A DNA stretch of 63,384 bases, the filler included, from Globobulimina sp. (lineage: Eukaryota), in NCBI GenBank assembly GCA_003354225.1. It is 29 parts of 29 records of this genome, joined end to end, with 100 filler letters (N's around TTAATTAATTAA, not from the genome) between each part and the next. Parts side by side here need not be neighbours in the genome. Positions count along the whole stretch, not along the records: positions 10,953 to 13,042 come from PIVH01009081.1; positions 13,143 to 15,232 come from PIVH01009082.1; positions 15,333 to 17,422 come from PIVH01009083.1; positions 17,523 to 19,611 come from PIVH01009084.1; positions 19,712 to 21,800 come from PIVH01009085.1; positions 21,901 to 23,989 come from PIVH01009086.1; 23 more parts are not named here. One strand, 5' to 3'. The notes below the pieces were generated by a model. That model was not told where the DNA came from. It saw only the letters and a list, made by a program, of their open reading frames with translations, and did no database searches. The position numbers were made by a program, and so were the translations under genes. The first letter of the stretch is position 1; the number at the start of each line of letters is the position of its first letter. Below, piece after piece: positions 12,332 through 23,733 of this stretch.

Positions 12332-12775
12332 ATGGATACTTTACCTAAAGATATTGAAAATATTATAATGAATTATAAATATGGAATGGAACATGTTGAA
12401 AAATATTCAAAATGTATGGATGTAATTAAATCAATTGAATACGAGCATGATGTATATTGGGATATGAGGGATGATTCAGATTGGGATAGTGATGATTATG
12501 ACACATATGTTTCAGAACGAGTATTAGATGGATGTTCATCGCGTTACAATTTGAATATATCAGATGGACATGAGCTGTCAGTTGATCGCACTGATATTCG
12601 TAACATCGATGTGGGTAGGTATATGGTGGATACTGAAATTCATGAATGGGGAATTGGTATGGGTGATTTTGTTGAATGTATGGAGGTAACTCATTGTCCT
12701 TATACCAATATTGATATAAGTTGGTATAAGCGTGGTGAATATCGGAGGTGTTATGTAACTGAAATAACTCATTGA
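12332..12775 (+). CDS. Hypothetical protein, NCLDV-like family
   Basis: N-terminus MDTLPKDIENIIMNYKYGMEHVEKYSKCMDVIKSIEY. Intronless with tight spacing. Confidence 0.6.
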   Translation: MDTLPKDIENIIMNYKYGMEHVEKYSKCMDVIKSIEYEHDVYWDMRDDSDWDSDDYDTYVSERVLDGCSSRYNLNISDGHELSVDRTDIRNIDVGRYMVDTEIHEWGIGMGDFVECMEVTHCPYTNIDISWYKRGEYRRCYVTEITH

Positions 12776-12783
12776 GAAGTATT

Positions 12784-12958
12784 ATGAGCGGGATAGGTGG
12801 ATTAATGCACTTAGTCGCCGTGAGTGGTCGCATGAAGGATCAAGGAATAATTGTGGGTATATTGGGTGCGGGTTTGTGAATTAAAGATCTATTCGTTGCG
12901 TGTGGTGCCCGTATTAAGAATCATGTCTGGTATGGGTGATGTATGGCGTTTTGGTTAA
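12784..12958 (+). pseudogene. Relic/miniature of NCLDV major capsid protein termini
   Basis: The frame from ATG 12784 gives MSGIGGLMHLVA (cf. MCP N-terminus GGLMQLVAYG). A different frame, open 12851-12958, gives LKIYS..VLRIMSGMG (cf. MCP C-terminus NVLRIMSGMGGLAY). Confidence 0.6.
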
Positions 12959-14045
12959 GTATCTTCATCCCAAATAAATGTTATAGTATGTTTTAGAACA
13001 TCACAATTGCCAAAATGTTTTTCATACATTCTTAAACCGTTANNNNNNNNNNNNNNNNNNNNNNNNNNNNNNNNNNNNNNNNNNNNTTAATTAATTAANN
13101 NNNNNNNNNNNNNNNNNNNNNNNNNNNNNNNNNNNNNNNNNNCAAAATCAAACAGGTCCTATTCTAAAGTATTTATTCATTAATATTTCTTGATTCCCTT
13201 TCTTATTAATAAAAAACGAAAGATTCCGCAATTAATATAGTTACATTGCAGTGACAGTTTTCACAATTAATTACAGAATCTGGGAAACGCTTGTGACAAA
13301 AAGCAAAAATGCCTATTGTGATACACACCAAAAAAATAAATTTGAAAATCTCGTTCAAGAAACGACGATCAAGAACGAACACAATTTCATATTACAATGT
13401 CAATATATTGTTGATTTATATATCTTGTACATCCTATGTGATTAACATATCATCCAATACCTCATCTTGTATGAGTGCACCATCATGTCTTTGTTGTCCA
13501 TATTCATTAACAGCGATACCATGTACCTTTGTTTGTATTGTAACGCCATCATCGGCATAAACAATATCTGGCTCAGTACCTGGATTTCTTTTATATCCGT
13601 TCTCTTCATTCATTGCCTTTGTTGCTGACGAATAATCTTTCTTTTTGGTTAAATTTTGTATTGCATTCCGACCCTTTTTCTTTTGCTCGTTGCTATTAGA
13701 AACACGTTGCAATGTTTCATTTTGTGTATGCTCTTCATTCTTTGCGTTTGTCTGGTTATCCTTGTATTTTATATTTGTTTCATTCCGTTTCTGTACAGTA
13801 TCAGCAGTAACAGACTAAATAGAAAGCAGTATGTTTGGTAGTTGGTACTAATATATACATGAATGTGAATACGAACAGCCTGGTGAGAATCATCAGGAGC
13901 AGTGAAGCAATCTCCCATGATGTCTACTGTAAAAAGTTTTCCACTGTAAATATATCAACTTTGAATCAATTGCAATGATTGTGATTTAACAATGTAAAAA
14001 AAAGTATTTAATACGACAAACAATTGAATCACTGTGACACTGTCA

Positions 14046-15232
14046 TCAATCATGATCACTATTTGTAACATTGGATTTTAATAATATTTTGCCGACTTCA
14101 TAGGTAGAAACCATAATAGCGCAGGCAATGGGAACCCTCGTCATTCTGGCAGGCAAACCAAGATACAAAGCCGTAACTCCTTCATTCTGAATGATGCTTT
14201 TCGCCAAAGTCACAATTTTTTTCTTATCAATATCCATTTTATTGCTCGGTATCCCCAACAACGTTGCTTGCCGCCTTGTCTTCAGCACATCAAATGGCTG
14301 CGTACACAAAGTAGCAATACTTCCCGATACTGCGCCACTGCAAAATGAGGCGACAAACAGTCTCCATTTGCCAATATTGTCATTATTGTAATTAGAATTA
14401 TTCAGATTTATATTTTGCATACTTATATTTTTTAGTTGCTTTTTAACAAAACAGTCTTTATAATATTCATAAGCCATCCAATATATTCCTGAAAATGGCA
14501 CATCTCTCCATAAGGACGGTATTAATCCCTTCCATAAACTCAACAATCCGCCTTGTGATAAATTCAGCTTTAAAGCTGCAAAAACACTCAAATCCTTATT
14601 TATGGTTCGTGCCTGACACAGAACGGAACAGAAACATAGAAATTGATAGAAATTTAGTACAATTACAGTGAACAGAACAGAACAGAACAAACCATCATTT
14701 GTGTCCGCATTAATTCTAACGGCGAGATAACAGAAACAGCAAAGAGTCGCCCAGTCATACCGGATATTAACGGCATAAATGTAGATATTACTTTTGTGGA
14801 TGATTCGTGTATATGGTTTGTGCCCCATTCATTTGTTTTTTTCAATAGAAAATTGCGTAACAGATCATAGGTACTGTAATATAACACCGTGGCGGGGGCA
14901 GCCATCCATAGTGTTACACCTAAGCCGCTGTATAAGTTCGAGATGCCTTCATATCTGGCTATTTTATAAAACGCATCAAAGGAATGCTTGAATGAGGTGT
15001 GGCGGCAGGAAGACTCAAACACTTCTATGCGTAGACGAGAGGTCGGCAACTGATGATCCATCAAACCATTGCTAAATATATAATAATTTTGATTGATTTT
15101 GGACAGTCGTATGGCTGCAGCTGACATTGTTTGATTGTTTGTATTGTTTACGTTTACATTTAATTTGATTTTGATATTTTTTGCATCTTTGGATTCTTTG
15201 GAATATTTATATTGTTTGGTGCCAGTTTCTGC
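14046..15232 (-). CDS. Mitochondrial carrier, SLC25A39/40-like (5' partial; intron 14613-14692)
   Basis: NGLMDH, KIARYEG, PATVLYY, SPLELMRT, RDVPFSGIYW, PFDVLKTRRQ and ACAIMVSTYE. Confidence 0.92.
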
Positions 15233-15333
15233 NNNNNNNNNNNNNNNNNNNNNNNNNNNNNNNNNNNNNNNNNNNNTTAATTAATTAANNNNNNNNNNNN
15301 NNNNNNNNNNNNNNNNNNNNNNNNNNNNNNNNA

Positions 15334-15341
<8 letters not shown>

Positions 15342-15421
<80 letters not shown>

Positions 15422-15431
15422 AAAAAAAAAT
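15342..15431 (+). repeat. Long poly(A) tract
   Basis: About 78 consecutive A followed by A-rich sequence. A shorter tract lies at ~6577-6607. Confidence 0.9.
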
Positions 15432-15822
15432 AAGAAAAGAGATAAAATGAAAAAATATAAAAAAAAGAAAGCAAACAATGGCAAGAAAGATAGTGAGGTT
15501 TATAGTGCGTCATCGCAAAAAGAACAAGAAAATACATCACAAGCAGATATTAACGATGATTGATAATAATAGTTGAATTAAATTATTTGCGCTGGTCTTG
15601 ATTTATTATTTTATGAATCCAGAATCCGCATCTTATTATTAATAAATCTTAGTTTGTGAGGCAATCTGTTTTGAAGTTACTAAAAAACAATCATCAACAA
15701 AAAACCCCACACTTTTTCACTTTTCATTGTACAACAAAAGCAAACCGATTATTTAATTAAGGTACAGAATGTATATAATTTAAATTAGTTTGATATATCA
15801 CATAATATTAATATTGCATAGA

Positions 15823-16998
15823 ATGATGAACACGTTTTTAAGCTGGAGTTTATCAATATATTTAATCGTAGCTGATCCAGAAATGACTGTATTTTCCAGC
15901 TACTCAATTAGCGCATCGCAACAGTCTTCAATTCAAAGTATGGTGACGGCATTAAATAATTACGGCACTCCTTTAGTGTGGGATGGATTATGGACCTCTG
16001 ATGAAAGCACTTTAATTACCCGCGTAGATAGTGGCGATTATCAGGTTTTATTAGCATTGAATCCAGACAATTCTTATCCTATTTGGTCCACTTTAACCCA
16101 AATGGCACTTGAAATCAAATTTGATTCTGCTTCAAACTCCATCCAACAATTCATAATTTGGGATCGATTTTGCAATATTAACCCAAATGCGCCAGGAATG
16201 AATGGATTAGTAACGCGGCAATTAACGACCACTATTTGTCCAATAATTGATGGCGTCCCACCTTCGACCGGGCCACAGGGCGAAGTTGGATGTTGGGTCG
16301 GCAACTATGCGTCGCATGGCTCGTTTGGTGTTATTAGTTTTACTGACTTTTTGGGCGATTATCCGGAAGGATTGGCATATTATGCAGAGGATCCAAGTGA
16401 GAATCCAACGCATGTTCATTATTGCTTTAGTGGCGTCAACGTAATGTATAGCACAACGCCAATGGACTTTTATTTAGATAGTACAACGCATTCCGCCTGG
16501 GCTTATTTCGTCAATAGCATGGATTTATTGCTGAACAGCGATTTGTGCGCGCCGGATTACTCAGATTGCCCGCAATGTGTCAGTGACTGTCAAGGTATGG
16601 CGAGTGGCAATTATCCGTCGTGCGATGCTGACGGCAATAATGAGTGCGACAGTGCGGTTTATGCGACTTGCTCCAATGGCTATTTATATGATAATCGGCC
16701 CTGCCCCGCCACGACAGTGTGGAACCAATTTATGGGATTATGTGTGTCTCATTCCTCGTGTCCCTGCAGCGGCGGTGACAATACGCCAGAACGGTGTGGT
16801 TTGTGTGTGGATAGCTGTACCAATGTGGATGACGGCGATTATGCTTCGTGCAGTGCAGACTGTGGCGTCTATGCAAGTTGTTCCGGCGGTGTCTTATATG
16901 ATGAGCGGCCATGTCCCGGTGGTCTTGTCTGGAATGATGCATATAAAATTTGCACGCAACGCACATTATGCCCAGACAGTGCCTGTTTTATTGTCTGA
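15823..16998 (+). CDS. Secreted protein with two C-terminal chitin-binding type-2 (CBM14/peritrophin-A-like) domains
   Basis: Signal-peptide-like N-terminus. Two repeats of C..G.Y.SC...C..YA.CS.G.LYD.RPCP...VWN....C. Confidence 0.8.
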   Translation: MMNTFLSWSLSIYLIVADPEMTVFSSYSISASQQSSIQSMVTALNNYGTPLVWDGLWTSDESTLITRVDSGDYQVLLALNPDNSYPIWSTLTQMALEIKFDSASNSIQQFIIWDRFCNINPNAPGMNGLVTRQLTTTICPIIDGVPPSTGPQGEVGCWVGNYASHGSFGVISFTDFLGDYPEGLAYYAEDPSENPTHVHYCFSGVNVMYSTTPMDFYLDSTTHSAWAYFVNSMDLLLNSDLCAPDYSDCPQCVSDCQGMASGNYPSCDADGNNECDSAVYATCSNGYLYDNRPCPATTVWNQFMGLCVSHSSCPCSGGDNTPERCGLCVDSCTNVDDGDYASCSADCGVYASCSGGVLYDERPCPGGLVWNDAYKICTQRTLCPDSACFIV

Positions 16999-17851
16999 AA
17001 TTAAATTAAATTTCTTTTCTTTTCTTTAATATATTTCTAATTTCTATTAATATTAATATTAATTTTATAATTTTAGAAGTGTTTTATAATAATTTTAAAA
17101 ATTTCAATTACAAGCTTTTTGTTTTGTTTCTTGTCACGACTGACTTTATCTGGATATGTATGATCTGGATATGTGTGAACACATTTTTGGTCCTCGGATT
17201 TTTACGGTGCTTAAAGTGGAGAATAACATAAAAACTTGTGAACTGTGAAAGAATGTCGAGTCAAAACTTTGGAAACACTAAAAATAGCACAGAAGACAAA
17301 TTGCGCGAAAGAAAAGAGTCTGCGCATTTGGAAGAGGAGAAATTGGAAACAGTGCGAGAGAAATTTGATTTATGTTTGCGTCAACTGATAGAATATGAAG
17401 AATTGAACATTTTTTCACGCGANNNNNNNNNNNNNNNNNNNNNNNNNNNNNNNNNNNNNNNNNNNNTTAATTAATTAANNNNNNNNNNNNNNNNNNNNNN
17501 NNNNNNNNNNNNNNNNNNNNNNTCCAATAAAAATGGGTGAATCACGCTTTTATTTTTGTCCATCATCACAACCAACATTCAATAAACCAAACAACATTCA
17601 CTTCAGTCAATGATATCGATTCGATTCAATTCACAAATCATTCGTAACCGTAACCTTTATTCTATTTAAAATCTATTATTTTTGGATCCGTTTCTAATTT
17701 TATGATTAAAAAATAAAAACAGTTTATAGCATTTTCTCATTTTCCTTAATTCATTTGCAATATAAATTTATTTATCTCTTTCTCGGTGCGGAGGAGATGT
17801 AATACAGTGCTGTCAGTGCATACTTGTTAAAAAAACGCAACATCTGCGACA

Positions 17852-19423
17852 ATGTTGCAACATACACGAGAGGTTTACAAAAGTTTGAGCAGTTCAGATG
17901 ATGATGATGCGGAATTAGAACAACTGCTACATCCTAATCACCAATGTTCAGATATGTACACATACCAATATTTGATGGAAACACAAGAAAACGCGGTTCT
18001 GTCATTTATTTATTTATTAATGGAATCAACTGGTTTATCACACGATATTTGTGACAGTATAATATCATATTTGCCATTACCATATAAAGGATTTATATTT
18101 TTCAATCCATTTAATTATGATGGTCTTTATTCAATGTTAGATTTTAGTTTATTATTATTTTCAAATACTGTTCATTATATAATCTGCATTGCGTTGCTGC
18201 TTCACACGTATTCATCGACGTGGTTAACATTTACATGTTTCTCTTTTATTGAATCATTAATAATTACTGTATTTTATTGCTATTTTTACGGATATCTTGC
18301 CTCAAATACGAGCAACGTAAATGATCAATTTATTATCTTTTATGCATCATTACATTTATTGTTAATATTTTTGACTGATATTCCAATGATAATGATTTTA
18401 TTATATTTTTATGATCAACTTTTTATGGCAGAGATAATAATTTACAGCATATCGTTTCTGATCTGTATGGCATATAAATATATTATGTACCACCAACGTA
18501 TTAATTACTCGCAATACGAATATATCCATTCGTATTCACAAGAAACCGAAAGGAAATTTAAAAATAATTTAAATATTTTTCCATTTAATTTAATTGTTTT
18601 AATAATTATATTTTTATATGGTGTACTAACTGCAAATGTCATTTGTATGGCAATAAGTGGGTTTCTTTATTATTTTGCGATGTTTGTGATAAATTATGTT
18701 GATTGGAAAAACAAGACATTAAACGCCGAAAACACTTTAATGAAAAACAGATTATGCATTGTTACATATTTTATTTTATGTTTTTATAATGTTTTGTTTA
18801 TGGTTTTTAGTATTAATATTTATAATTGCTGCTACTATTTGGGCATTGTTGCCATTGCATTTGCTATTTTTCAAGCATTTGTAATATTTATTTATTACAT
18901 TTTTTTTAATATAATATATTGCGTCTTCCATGATAACGAAAAAACAATCGGTGAATATGAATATACATTGTATCATGGCGGGAAATATAAAAAATTTGCA
19001 GATTTCTTTAATTATTTGTATTTAACATTGGAAGTATGCGTAAATATTCCAGTTTGTGTAATATTATTATTTTATATGTACAATGAGAATCATAATGATG
19101 TTGTGGCTAATTTATATATTTCATGGTATTTTATTGTCATTTTCTATATGTTACATGATTTATACTCGTTTGCGTTAAATTTTTATTATACACCAAAACG
19201 TGCAGATTTACATTTATTTTATTGTCGAATACTTCTGTTTATTATAAAATTGCCATTTATTTTATTAGTATTTGGTATTAGTTATTTATCAATTTCTTAC
19301 ATTTATAACATTGGACCATCATTTAATCAAATAATATCATGCATATTTTCGATTTATTCATCAGTATATTTCGCCTGCATTGTACCTGTTTGTGTTATTA
19401 AATCAAGATCATTAACGTACTGA
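17852..19423 (+). CDS. Multi-pass membrane protein of unknown function
   Basis: 523-aa ORF with more than 10 hydrophobic segments. Confidence 0.7.
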   Translation: MLQHTREVYKSLSSSDDDDAELEQLLHPNHQCSDMYTYQYLMETQENAVLSFIYLLMESTGLSHDICDSIISYLPLPYKGFIFFNPFNYDGLYSMLDFSLLLFSNTVHYIICIALLLHTYSSTWLTFTCFSFIESLIITVFYCYFYGYLASNTSNVNDQFIIFYASLHLLLIFLTDIPMIMILLYFYDQLFMAEIIIYSISFLICMAYKYIMYHQRINYSQYEYIHSYSQETERKFKNNLNIFPFNLIVLIIIFLYGVLTANVICMAISGFLYYFAMFVINYVDWKNKTLNAENTLMKNRLCIVTYFILCFYNVLFMVFSINIYNCCYYLGIVAIAFAIFQAFVIFIYYIFFNIIYCVFHDNEKTIGEYEYTLYHGGKYKKFADFFNYLYLTLEVCVNIPVCVILLFYMYNENHNDVVANLYISWYFIVIFYMLHDLYSFALNFYYTPKRADLHLFYCRILLFIIKLPFILLVFGISYLSISYIYNIGPSFNQIISCIFSIYSSVYFACIVPVCVIKSRSLTY

Positions 19424-19888
19424 TATTTATTATATCTAATCTCGTATATTTTATATTTTAACGTATTTGTAATTTGTATATTTAATTTAATTCATTAAAT
19501 ACCTCTAATATTTTTATCATGTTTCTGAATTTCAGAATCTGAAATAAAAAAGCATCGCAACAAACATCCAGGAGGGGATCTAAACATTTCTCCATTGAAA
19601 AAATTCACGATNNNNNNNNNNNNNNNNNNNNNNNNNNNNNNNNNNNNNNNNNNNNTTAATTAATTAANNNNNNNNNNNNNNNNNNNNNNNNNNNNNNNNN
19701 NNNNNNNNNNNTAAACATACACCAAAAACTAAAATACAACCATGTAAATCGAACCGATTTCCTTTAGCTTTCCAACGATATGTTAATCATTACCACAATT
19801 GATCTAAATCACAACTTATGACTACGACTGATTTGTCTTTTTATTAACAAATTTGAATACTTCATTAACAATTTAATTAAAAACTTCA

Positions 19889-21508
19889 TTAATGTTTATT
19901 TTTAGATGTTATTGTCACAGTGACTGTTTGTCCATTATATTTATTATCATTACTATTATAGATCTCAACATAATTCCCATTAATTCTGTATGTCACAATA
20001 TCGGAACTCGGCAAAATACTCTAACTGAAACCATTTGGATACCAATATTCTAAATTTGTATAAATAATGGTTGGTTTGCTAATCTCTACATTCACATCAT
20101 AAATCAAAGTATAATCCCCACCATTTCTCCAATCAAATTTCATAACCTTGGCATTGCCTGCAACCTTTTGCGCATATGTCCGACTTAAACCTTTTGCAAC
20201 ACCAACATCCAAACTTCCATTTTTACGAAACAAACCATATCCACATCCAGTACATGTCCCATCTGACAATGAGCCAGCAAATGGTTTATATTCCCATCCA
20301 ATCCATGACACCAAATAATTATCACAATAATCCATTGTAACATACATTCCTTCACCATCACCAACATTAAACTCTGTCAAAAAACTAGTCGCATTCAGTC
20401 TTATCCCATCATGAGTTCTTTGCGAAAAATATTTATTTTCATCCCCATCATTAGGCGCTGCAGTAATTAAAACACAATACTTTCCAACAGAAAAAAACAA
20501 AAACACGTCATACGTTTATAATAATGAAACGCAAAAACACTTTTATTTACAAATTCTTGTCCACCGGGAACGTGCGTGAAGCCAATATCATCCAAACTGA
20601 TATTAAACTCATCGGTCCATGTCACTGACTCAAAAAATACCACCCGTTCACTATCATTTCCATATATTACCCGCTGTATTCTATCATAGAAAGGTTGCAA
20701 ATTGTCAAAGTCAGCTCTGCCTATAACAAAATATGTAACTATAATACAATAAATACACAACAAAAATAAATATAGTTTTACCAGGATACATTAAAAAAGG
20801 ATGCTCATAAATGCCTCCAGCCCAGGGTTCATTCATCAATTCAAAGCCGAGAATGCCACCTATTTTATCAAAGTACTTTGCTAAAACACCCCAATAATCT
20901 GCAAATTGATCAGCTAATCCATTGTGATTGTCATAAAGTCTCTGGAATGCAGAAGATGTGGCTTGCGTTGCATAGTAACTGGCCCATGATTGTTTGGCAC
21001 AGTCTTGTTTGGAGGGAATGTGGTCACTGCCGGTGTTGTATGGCGCTGAGAATGGTTCTGGAAAATCCCATACTAAAGGTTGGGTTGCCCAAACTGCTGC
21101 TCCTTCGCCACATAATGCCTCGGATAATACGTCCTGATGAGAATCAACCAATGTTGAAATGTTGTATTGGTTATATGCGGTGCTGATCAATGTTGCTGCG
21201 TTGTTTATATATGTCATATTGTAATAATTTTTGGAAGGTTGGACACCAGGCCACATTACACCTAATCGGATGGCATTTTGTCCCAAAGAATTCAAGAGTT
21301 GCATATCTTGAATGGAAAACGATAGGTTAGCATCGAAATGATCTTGTATTGGTAAATACGGTGAAGACTTATAAACAACGTTTAAACCATGAAAGAAGCA
21401 TTCACGATCATTTAAATCCAAAATACGGTTATTCCTAACACGGAATTTCTCGACTTTTTGTGCTGTGCAATCAAGTAACAGAATTACAAGGACATGTAAG
21501 AGGAACAT
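19889..21508 (-). CDS. Endoglycoceramidase-like GH5 glycoside hydrolase (introns 20721-20781 and 20458-20513; in-frame TAG at 20021-20023)
   Basis: FHGLNVVYK, NAIRLGVMWPG, DSHQD, GFELMNEP (acid/base), AFHYY, FLTEF (nucleophile) and SWIGWEYK. Confidence 0.92.
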
Positions 21509-21900
21509 GATTGAGTAATATATTGAGAAGTGCACCACGTCCAAAAACGTTTTGAGAAATCAAGATATTTACATCTTTAACAAATTCAACAAAAAAAAAG
21601 GTAGATATCATCGAAAATGGTATACTTGAGTGGTGTATATCACTGCAGTCACAACTATTAAGTTGATTTTCATTGTGGTGAACGGACTTCAACTTTTGGT
21701 GTTTATCGCTCACCACAATAAATTAGCGATCAACTCCAAAAGTTGACCACAATGAAAATTAGCGCAATAGTTCAGTTGTGTCTGCGGTGGTTGGCATATA
21801 NNNNNNNNNNNNNNNNNNNNNNNNNNNNNNNNNNNNNNNNNNNNTTAATTAATTAANNNNNNNNNNNNNNNNNNNNNNNNNNNNNNNNNNNNNNNNNNNN

Positions 21901-23018
21901 GAATTAAAAAAACATTTTCTCACTAAACATTGTTTACATTCTGAACGGAAATGCTTTTATTAACGGCATTCGGTAAAATACATCTTTTAACAATATCCCT
22001 TGCAACGACATATCTATGTTTATCGCTTAATTGCCATTTGAATTTGAACAACAACTCCAAAAACAATGCAATATTATCACAGGATTTTCCCTTCAAATAT
22101 TCGAATAAACATTCTCTGCCAGTCGGCGACTTCAAACATTCCTCTAATGATTCTACAAAAGTGAGCTCCATATCAGATGTTGGCTGCATTGGCGCGCATA
22201 ATTTATCCAAATACGCACCCGTCATAATCTTAGCAATCACAGTAAAGACTTGAGCCACAGCGTACTTGCTCTGTTTTGGATTTGTTTTTGTGTTTTGGTT
22301 GACAAATAATGCATATTCAAACTGTTTTTATTTTCTGAACTTGATTGTCATATTGATCGGCAAAAAAATATGAGAAAGTTTCATGTATTGCCTCTAGCAT
22401 TGTCTGGAAATGCTGCATGTGAAGACCCATAGTTTTGTGTAGTACACCAACTGCAGATAAGGCTGAAAATAAATTGATATCATTTTTTAATAAATTGCGA
22501 GTTAAATAGCCAAAATTATCCAAAAATTTTAATGATAGATATTGAGTTTTAATTTGATCATTTTTTAATTTAAATTTGATGATTTGTTTTATGTCGTTAT
22601 CCATTGATGTCATACCAAACAATATCGAACTTCCAACTTCCTGTATGTGACAAAGTGATATACTCAGATTGGGAAAGTACAGAGTGTATAGAATAGATTT
22701 AAGGAAATTGAGGAATAGACAGAATTTAACTAATTGTTGTTGCATTGATAATGGATCAATATTTTCTCTCCAAAAATCTACGACAATTCTTGCAATATTT
22801 TGTGATAAATATATCCCAGTGATACCATTGGTTTTTAGGACCTTTCTGTTCTTTAATGATGAATAACTTTGGTTTAATGGCGTAATTGATCCTGTTGAAT
22901 ATGACAAGCGTGAAACTTGTCGTATTGACGATGGCAATGATAATGTATTGCGATGATTTGATTTGAAATTGTCATGAGATATTTCGGTTTTTTTTGGTTG
23001 GCTGATTTTGCTTCCCAT
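21901..23018 (-). CDS. N-myristoylated globin-RGS(RH) domain fusion protein (introns 22641-22730 and 22271-22340; 3' partial)
   Basis: MGSKIS start. Globin F/G/H helices LSAVGVLHKTMGLHMQHFQTMLEAIHETF...KYAVAQVFTVIAKIM. RGS-like SLEECLKSPTGRECLFEYLK...ALFLELLFKFK...ARDIVKRCILPNA. Confidence 0.78.
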
Positions 23019-23430
23019 GTTGGTTAAAAAACTTTGATAAAAAAACTCTGACTTTAATTATTGTTTTATTAAAGTTTCTGTGCTAATTATTACAGGTTTT
23101 TATGTGACATATTTAATGATAATAAATCATTTAAAGAGAAATGTAAATTACTGTTTGATGAAGCAATCAAATATTCAAAAGATAAAATCAGTGCATTTGA
23201 TACAAACACAGAAGTTAGTTATTAATATAAAGACCAACCCTTATCTTGCAAATGATTCGTGACAACATTGTAATATGGTCAAAGTGCAGTTAGTTTAACA
23301 CTTTATCAAATGTCTTTATTTTGCTGTAACTTTAAAGTACGCAAATGCGAATAAGTGAGCAACAATTAATTTATTACAGTTCTCATAGCAAAACACAATT
23401 AAATAAAAACACATGTCATGCACATTTAGA

Positions 23431-23733
23431 TTAATTGCGTATAACATCAATACGTTCGTTGAGTTTTTTAATTCGTTGAATAGCCATCTGTAATATTTCA
23501 TGTCTGGGCGGAGCTGATTTATGTCTGCGATCTTCAACACCTAATGTTTCTAATAAGTCTTCAAAATAAGAACCTAAATTCTTTCTGCATCTGTTTGTAC
23601 ATAAAATAATTAACATAATCGGTCTTTTGATAACATTTGTATATAGAATCTGACTCAACTTTGTTGCTCTGACATTTCGTTTGTCTCTTTGTTCTCGCGT
23701 TTCTGGGCGACGTTGCCGGTAACGATTTGACAT
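23431..23733 (-). CDS. Small bHLH transcription factor (in-frame intron 23591-23659)
   Basis: Spliced product QRDKRNVRATKCRKNLGSYFEDLLETLG...PPRHEILQMAIQRIKKLNE follows the basic-helix-loop-helix pattern (Max/Myc-like). Confidence 0.7.
   Translation of the reverse strand: MSNRYRQRRPETREQRDKRNVRATKLSQILYTNVIKRPIMLIILCTNRCRKNLGSYFEDLLETLGVEDRRHKSAPPRHEILQMAIQRIKKLNERIDVIRN

Noticed and set aside
15277-15540. Poly-Phe ORFs
   Set aside because: They are translations of the poly(A) tract plus the linker.
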